Of a DNA stretch of 64,000 nt, positions 57,518 to 64,000 are shown in pieces. Every line of letters begins with the position of its first letter. Position 1 is the stretch's first letter. Origin of the DNA: Pachysolen tannophilus NRRL Y-2460 (Eukaryota); NCBI GenBank assembly GCA_001661245.1, contig KV454016.1, positions 1 to 64,000 on the forward strand, given 5' to 3'. The notes below the pieces were generated by a model. The model worked only from the letters and a program-made list of their open reading frames with translations. It was not told where the DNA came from and did no database searches. A program made the position numbers and the translations under genes.

Positions 57518-58480
57518 TTAGTTCTGATGGTATTGAGTAGTCAAGTGAGTGGGCAATGCGTAGATTGGGTCTATAGGTAGCAAGTTATCAAATCCCATGA
57601 GTGAGAGGCCAGCTAGACCGAAATAAGTGTGGAAGACATCTACTTCATTTCCTTCTCTATCAGCTATACCTCCATTTATAGTATCTTGAGCTTTATAAAT
57701 GAAATTTTTCAATTTTTCGAAATCAATGAGTTGTGCTTCATTTAAGATTGATAATGAGCTTAGTACCCACCAGCTATAACATACGTCAGGTAATTTTTCT
57801 GGTCTACCATTTAAACCTCCGTTAGTAACTTGTCTTTCAGAAAGCCATTGTACTAATGTTGGTTTATCTATAATATCCAATCGATTACAAATGGCTAATG
57901 TAGCAACACAGACGAATATCATTGCTGCGTGGCTTTCGCCACCTGGACAATTCCCAAACCCACCATCAAAGTTTTGACATTTTGAAATAAATTCAACAGC
58001 TTTATCAATAACTTTAATAGATAATTTATCTAATAATTTTAAACAATTTATTGCCGTGTAAACAAACCTTGTATCAACTTCACCAAACCTATCTCCATGG
58101 AAACTTCCATCAGGAAGTTGTAAACTAGTAATAAAATTAACAGTCTTGTTAATTTCATCTGTTGTTAAAAGATCTAAAGAATTTAAAATTTTTAATATTT
58201 GAATTGCACTTAACGTAGAATGTAAATGTGCATCATGTCTTGGGAAAGGTCCAAACCCACCATCATTATGTTTACACTCCATCACAAACCTAATAATACC
58301 TTCCTTATCCAATGCATCTGGGGTTTTCAATAATACAACACTCATCAACCCCCAATAAGTACCATTTAATCTTAAATGCTCAGTTAACCAATACTCATAC
58401 TGGTCTCTCTTATTATCCAACTCAACAACATATCCAACATGTTTCTCTTTTGCCAACTTCAATTCTTCTTCCAGCAGCAT
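57518..58480 (-). CDS. BET2: Rab geranylgeranyltransferase beta subunit
   Basis: EYWLTEHLRLNGTYWG, GEVDTRF, GGLNGRPEKLPDVCYSWW. Confidence 0.95.
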   Translation of the reverse strand: MLLEEELKLAKEKHVGYVVELDNKRDQYEYWLTEHLRLNGTYWGLMSVVLLKTPDALDKEGIIRFVMECKHNDGGFGPFPRHDAHLHSTLSAIQILKILNSLDLLTTDEINKTVNFITSLQLPDGSFHGDRFGEVDTRFVYTAINCLKLLDKLSIKVIDKAVEFISKCQNFDGGFGNCPGGESHAAMIFVCVATLAICNRLDIIDKPTLVQWLSERQVTNGGLNGRPEKLPDVCYSWWVLSSLSILNEAQLIDFEKLKNFIYKAQDTINGGIADREGNEVDVFHTYFGLAGLSLMGFDNLLPIDPIYALPTHLTTQYHQN

Positions 58481-59044
58481 CTTTACCAACAACAAAAAGA
58501 AAGAAGAAAAAAAAAATCAATTCACATTAATATTAAATCATTCAATCATTCGTATATAAATCAATAAATGAATGAATGAATGAATTATTACTGACTTACA
58601 TAATAAAATTGTTACTGACTACTAAAACAGCTTTTTTTTCCTCCGTGGCGGAAAAGTTTTTACCAAATTCTTCTCCGGTACTTCTCCGCTAAGGTGAAAC
58701 AATTTTTTTCTTCCTTTTCCGGAGAAAAAAATTGAATAAAATCTTCTCCCCTTTTTCTCCGTAACGGAGAAGCAATTTTCCTCCGTTTGGTTTCCGAGTT
58801 TATCTATCATATTTCTTACAACAACAAAATTATATACATTTATAAAGTAGATCTTATATGTTTCATTTTAAAAAATTGATATGTTTGATTAAAATTATTG
58901 TCAAAACTTCTATGAGAGGAATCTATTTGGAAGTGAGGAGACTTGATTATAACTAGGGTTGGTTAAAAAAAATTTTTTTTTCCTGGGAGAGAGTGAAAAG
59001 AAATCAAGGAACAAGAAAAAGAAAAAAAAAAATAAAAAAAAATC

Positions 59045-61488
59045 ATGATAAATCATTATCAGATATTGGGTGTTTCATCTAATTCTTCAGATTTGGAGAT
59101 TAAGAAAAGTTATAGGAAATTGGCTTTGAAATATCATCCAGATAAGAATCGTGAGCCAGGGGCAGAGGATAAATTTAAAGAAATTTCCAAAAGTTATGAT
59201 ATCTTGAGTAATCCTTTGGAGAAACTGAAGTATGATAAGGAATTCAAAGTAATGAATCGTGGAAGTAGTGGCGGCAGTAATAATAATAATAATGTCAATG
59301 TGAAAGTTAATGTCAATGTCAATAAAAGTCGTACCGGTGCTTCTACTACGTTTTCCTCTACTTTTGCTTCCAATTATTCCTCTGCTCGTGATTCTCCCAA
59401 TACTTCACCTCGAGATTTTGGTGGTACTTCTTCTCATCGTTCAACATATACTTCTACTGGTGTTTTCACTGATTCTTCTACTCCTATTTATCATAGGAGA
59501 ACCGATTTTAATCCTAAAAGAAATAATCACTCTTCAAAAGAGTCTGGCTCAGACAAGAATGAGTCAACTGAAAATTTTTTTGAGTCTACAGGTTCAGATT
59601 ATTTTGATACATTACGTCTGTTTGAAAATCAAAAGATGAAAAATTTCATGTCATACCCTTTCAGAAGTCATTATACAAATTATAATAATCATCCTGGTTT
59701 AAATTCTGAAAATAAATACCATTACTCAAAGTATACGGAAAATACCTATTATCCTAATGTTTTTAAGAAAAATACAGATAAATATCAAAAATCAAAAGAA
59801 AGTCCAATTGAAAAAGAAGCTCGTAGAAGAGAAGAAATTTTAAGAAAATTTAAAAACAGGAAATCAGGTGTATATACTTTTGATGTTCATGATTCAGATG
59901 AAGCAAATCGAGAATTTTGTGAGGATTCATCATCGGAAAAATATAATGATTTTCAAGGTAAAGGTAAACTGGAAGATCCAATCGTTTTAGATGACGATGA
60001 TGAAACTTCAAAAAATGAAGAGGATTTTTTTAAAAATGAAAATAAAAATAAAAATACTCGCAAAAAAAAAATACCGATAATATTATTTTAGATGAAGATC
60101 TTTGTTGTGGTCCTGAAATTAATTTTGATACAACAAATAGTTCATCTAAAGGAAAAACAAATGATTTTTCGAAAGTAGATTCAAACAATGGAAAACACCA
60201 AACAAAGGATAATGAATTTAACCCATCCACTAATAATCCCGAAACCCCTTTAGGAAATGAATCTATACGACATCCTCATTTGAACCCAGAAACATCTTCA
60301 CCATCAGCCAAATTGCTTGAGAAACTTAACGAACAAATGTTTAAAAATGCACGAACATCTTCCAATAACAATTCAAGACTGAGAAATGGATTCAAAAATC
60401 TTTCAAAATCTCCACATGATAGAACTACTAATTATATAAAGAATAAGAAATTCAATTCTAACAATGGCGAATTGAAAAGCAAAAGTGGGAGACCTTTTAG
60501 AACTGAAGCAGAAGATTCTCAAACTGTTTCTTCTGAAAATGATGATGACATTGAAGTTCTCAGTAGCAATAATGCTAAAGAAAAGCCAAAAAAAACTGAT
60601 AACGATGAGTCAACCAATGATTATCCAGATAAGAAAAAGCCATGTACTAAATCAAAACCATATGATTCATTTTTCCAAAATAAACTGAGTGCTGAACTGA
60701 CACCTTCATTAAAAGATTTTGAAAATGTGTCTCCATTTAGGCAAACTTTTGGAAACTTTAATTTGTCTAGTCTATTCAGTGGTTTATTTCCTGAAAGTAG
60801 TAATACAAACCAACAAGGTCAACAGCAGAAAGAGCAACAGCAGAAAGAGCAGCAAGAACAGCAAAAAAAGACTGGATCTTATTCATTCAAGTACTTTTCA
60901 AATGCAAACCCTGCTTCATCTCAGAAAACACCTGGATTAACTGAAAATGCCAAATTACCTCATCAACCAGTTAATTCTATTCCATCAAATCAACAACGAA
61001 ATAATACAATCAATTACGATTTCAGCAAGGAACCGCCATTTAAATTAACTAAAGATTTTTTAAGTCCCGATACTTCGGCTATTACTTTAACTCTGCCTGT
61101 TCCTCCTGAGATACCTCAAATACGTCAAGGTATGTTGTATGAACATGAATTCAGGAAATATTGTGAAGATTTTAGGAAATACGAAAAAGAATTCATCATC
61201 TATGACAGTAAAATAACAAAGTACCATATGGTAAGAGCAGATGCAACTTTTAAACATTTGGATTCTTTATTTGGGCTTGATCCACAAGAAGCAAGAAGTT
61301 TAGGTTTAACAATTCCTTTAGAGAAATTAACAGATTTACAAAATGTTGAATTATATATCCAGCTGCTTAAAGATGATTCGGATATAAAATTAAAATGGAA
61401 AACTGATGTTGAGCATCATGTATTAGTCGTTAAACAATTTTACGAAATATATCTCGAATTCTATAGTGGACATTCACGTTTAATGTAA
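59045..61488 (+). CDS. Large J-domain protein (Jjj2-like), split by a frameshift at the A10 run 60062-60071
   Basis: N-terminal J-domain ([13 protein letters not shown]); a one-base shift joins ORF 59045-60091 to the frame of 60280-61488. Confidence 0.75.
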
Positions 61489-61778
61489 TTACATTTCGGA
61501 ATGGGTTTTTTTTTTTTTNTTTTTTTATTTTTTCTTTCCTTTCATGACAAAAGTATTTATTTTATTTATACCTGATGATAATTTTTAATAATTGTGATTA
61601 TAGATATGAAATTATTACGTTTATGAACACCTAATAATAATTCTTTTAAAAACAGGAAATTAAACAATTAATAATTAAACTAAATATAACAAAACTATTT
61701 AAAAATTAAAACAACAATAGTAATATAAAAAAAAAAAAAAAAAAAAAAATAGTACAAAGAATAATAACTAAAACAACT

Positions 61779-62651
61779 TTAATCTAATTCTTCAGTAAAT
61801 TGTTTACTTAATAAGAAAGCAGCATATTCACTTAATTGGAATTCTTTATTTGAATTATCAAAATCGAACCTTTGTTCTTTTAAAGATTGTTTTGATTTTC
61901 CTCCATATTCTTTTGGAATTTGATCACCTAAATATTTAGCTACATCAGTTCCATTTCCCAAGACTTTGAATTTTTTTCTTGTTTCTTCACTTACAAATCT
62001 TGAAACAAATAAATAAACCCAAGACAAAATTGTTGGAATATTAACGAAAAATTTTTCACTTAAAAGTTCTGGATAATAATCTTGGAAAATTGTAATTGTT
62101 GCTTTAGAACCATTTTTAACATCAGGATCCATTTTTAAAAATGAAAGTTTTTTATAATCATGTAATTGAACCATACTAGAATTATCAGGATCTTTAAAAT
62201 TTAAAATTTGAATTGATTTTTCCATTATACCTATTCTCCATCTAAGAAATTTATCCAAATCTCCAAAAATATCTTTAGGATTAGTAACATTTCCATAAAC
62301 ATTAAAAGTAACAACTTTTTCATTACTTGAATTTTTTTCATACCAAGTTATATAACTAATAATATCAAATTTTTCATCATGATCTTCGGAAAACCCAGCA
62401 CTCAATGGATTAAATTCTTTCCTCCATTTTAAAGTCTTCGAAAGCTGAGTCTTTGCCAATTCCAAATCAAACTTATTAGCTCTTAAAAATTTAATAACAA
62501 GTGTCTTAGTAACTTCTTCATCATAAAAATCACCTTTTGGGTCAAGTTGATAACCATATAATTCATCATATTTCGCCTCTTCAACAAGCTCAGGTAATTT
62601 CTCAATAAGACCATCAACCTGCAATTGCTCCTCTTTCGTAATCAAAGACAT
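61779..62651 (-). CDS. SFH5: Sec14-like phosphatidylinositol transfer protein Sfh5
   Basis: YDELYGY, KFLRAN, FLRWRIGIME, FQDYYPELLSEKFFVN, PKEYGG. Confidence 0.93.
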   Translation of the reverse strand: MSLITKEEQLQVDGLIEKLPELVEEAKYDELYGYQLDPKGDFYDEEVTKTLVIKFLRANKFDLELAKTQLSKTLKWRKEFNPLSAGFSEDHDEKFDIISYITWYEKNSSNEKVVTFNVYGNVTNPKDIFGDLDKFLRWRIGIMEKSIQILNFKDPDNSSMVQLHDYKKLSFLKMDPDVKNGSKATITIFQDYYPELLSEKFFVNIPTILSWVYLFVSRFVSEETRKKFKVLGNGTDVAKYLGDQIPKEYGGKSKQSLKEQRFDFDNSNKEFQLSEYAAFLLSKQFTEELD

Positions 62652-62864
62652 CTCTTCAATCTCTATCTTTATATATATTACCTCTAAATATTCTAAATAA
62701 TCAATTAAAAAAAAGGAAAAGAAAAGAAAAGAAAAGAAAGAACAAATCTATTGAACACTATTTACGTTTTATCGTTTACGTTTTTTTTATCTTTTCCATC
62801 AAAAATTTAATATGAAAAAAAAACAGTAACAAAAACTTGTTTTCTTCTCGCACGACCAGTTTTT

Positions 62865-63680
62865 TCAATCAGTTTTCAACTTTCCAGTTGTCTTGAAACC
62901 GTACCTGATCATCTGTAATGCAAGGAGTAGGTTCAAGGAGCCTCCTATAAGGTATCCTGCTAGGATCAATTGGTCACTGGCGTTGTTTACCAATGTGGTG
63001 AATATTCTGGAGAGCGATCCGATGTTATAGTTCAAGACACTGAAACCACTTAATTGACCTGTAGATTTCGATTTATAATTGCTGATAAGTTGAGGGATCT
63101 TGCTCAATATTGAAAGTGGGATTGTCAGGGTTAGTAAGTAGCTGAGTAGTTCGTTATTGACAACACCGCTCATTGTTGGTGGGCCAAATAATGTATATAA
63201 GATGAGTGCAGTAAAAGAAAATAATAATCCATAATAGTGTTTACCACCTCTTGTAAATGCCAATATCAAAATGATTATGAAAAAATTTTGAATTGAAAGA
63301 AATGCTGATTCTCCAAAAGTAGAAAAGGGATTTCCTTTTCTAAAATTATAAGAACATGTAACTAAATAGCTTAAAGTTTCCAAGATATAACTTAATAAAG
63401 ATAAACCATTAACATTTTTAGTTTTAGATATTTTCAAAATTTGAGGTAATTTCACAATTGAAGATGCAGATATAATAGCCACCCCTAATAATCTCGATAT
63501 AGCAATCTTAATCAATTCAGGAGATTCATTATCGAAAAAATCTAAATCCATAACTAATTTTTGAAAAGGTAATGGACCAATAATCTCTGAACCTAATCTA
63601 ACCACATTTGGAGGCAAATGATGAGTATACGGCCTCAAAAATAAAAGCAAAGGCTCTATATTTTGCTGAAAATTCTCCAT
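62865..63680 (-). CDS. MPDU1: Mannose-P-dolichol utilization defect 1 (PQ-loop) protein
   Basis: LGVAIISASSIVKLPQILKI, PFSTFGE, KIPQ..NYKSKSTGQLS, GSLSRIFTT. Confidence 0.9.
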   Translation of the reverse strand: MENFQQNIEPLLLFLRPYTHHLPPNVVRLGSEIIGPLPFQKLVMDLDFFDNESPELIKIAISRLLGVAIISASSIVKLPQILKISKTKNVNGLSLLSYILETLSYLVTCSYNFRKGNPFSTFGESAFLSIQNFFIIILILAFTRGGKHYYGLLFSFTALILYTLFGPPTMSGVVNNELLSYLLTLTIPLSILSKIPQLISNYKSKSTGQLSGFSVLNYNIGSLSRIFTTLVNNASDQLILAGYLIGGSLNLLLALQMIRYGFKTTGKLKTD

Positions 63681-63865
63681 CTTCCCTTAACGTTTACTTT
63701 TTTCTTTTCAAAATCTTTATTATTATTATTATTTATTAATATAATTAGAAAAATAATGCTATATACCTTCTTATAAACCTAGAATTATTGAACACCTCAG
63801 CTGAAAAATTATGGGAATATAAATAAATAACAGTAGTGCAAACGGAAATTAGAAAAAACTTGACC

Positions 63866-63983
63866 TCTTACACCACCAACATCGCATCTTACACCACACA
63901 CCACACCAGATCCTACACCACATATTACACCAGATCCTACACCAGACCCTGCACCAAGTCCTACACCAGACCCTGCACTCACC
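63866..63983 (+). repeat. Degenerate tandem array of (C/T)TACACCA / CAGATCCTACACCA motifs
   Basis: About 9 ACACC/GCACC cores in 120 bp; same core as 33997-34058. Confidence 0.75.
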
Positions 63984-64000
63984 ATTATTTATGAAAAGTT

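Noticed and set aside
58481..58599. Possible 5'-UTR intron before BET2 (GTAAGT...AAG|ATG)
   Set aside because: No convincing branch point; cannot be supported without transcripts
996..60940. Numerous short antisense or overlapping ORFs in the ORF track
   Set aside because: Shadows of real genes or low-complexity DNA; many start at non-ATG codons, which is unlikely in a eukaryote

Overview
Left chromosome end of an AT-rich budding yeast (Saccharomycotina, eukaryote). It starts with 29 perfect copies of a 9-bp telomeric repeat (CACACCACT). Next comes a ~30 kb subtelomeric accessory block of about 16 xenobiotic/aromatic-metabolism genes: P450, 2OG-Fe dioxygenase, NCS1 permease, SMP-30 lactonase, SDR, two FAD monooxygenases, a PEP2/SnoaL-like protein, an FDC1-PAD1 pair, an MFS pump, two old yellow enzymes, a CE4 hydrolase, a C2H2 transcription factor and a TenA protein. 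Its intergenic regions share two recurrent cis-motifs (GTCCAC/GTGGAC and GTGGGG) and its introns are short, in the style of filamentous fungi. I read it as a probably co-regulated, possibly horizontally acquired detoxification/catabolic cluster. From ~32 kb onward the window is very AT-rich core genome (LrgB-like, MRP49, MRPL38, KRE9, SAC1, DOA1, PKA, DJP1, RraA-like, COS111, eIF3L, RPA34, NPL6, BET2, J-protein, SFH5, MPDU1). Other oddities: the 5' end of DJP1 is inverted, four genes are frameshifted at A-runs, there are hints of CUG=Ser or ambiguous decoding, and several promoters carry phased motif arrays. All family assignments come from motifs recognised by eye; no searches were run.
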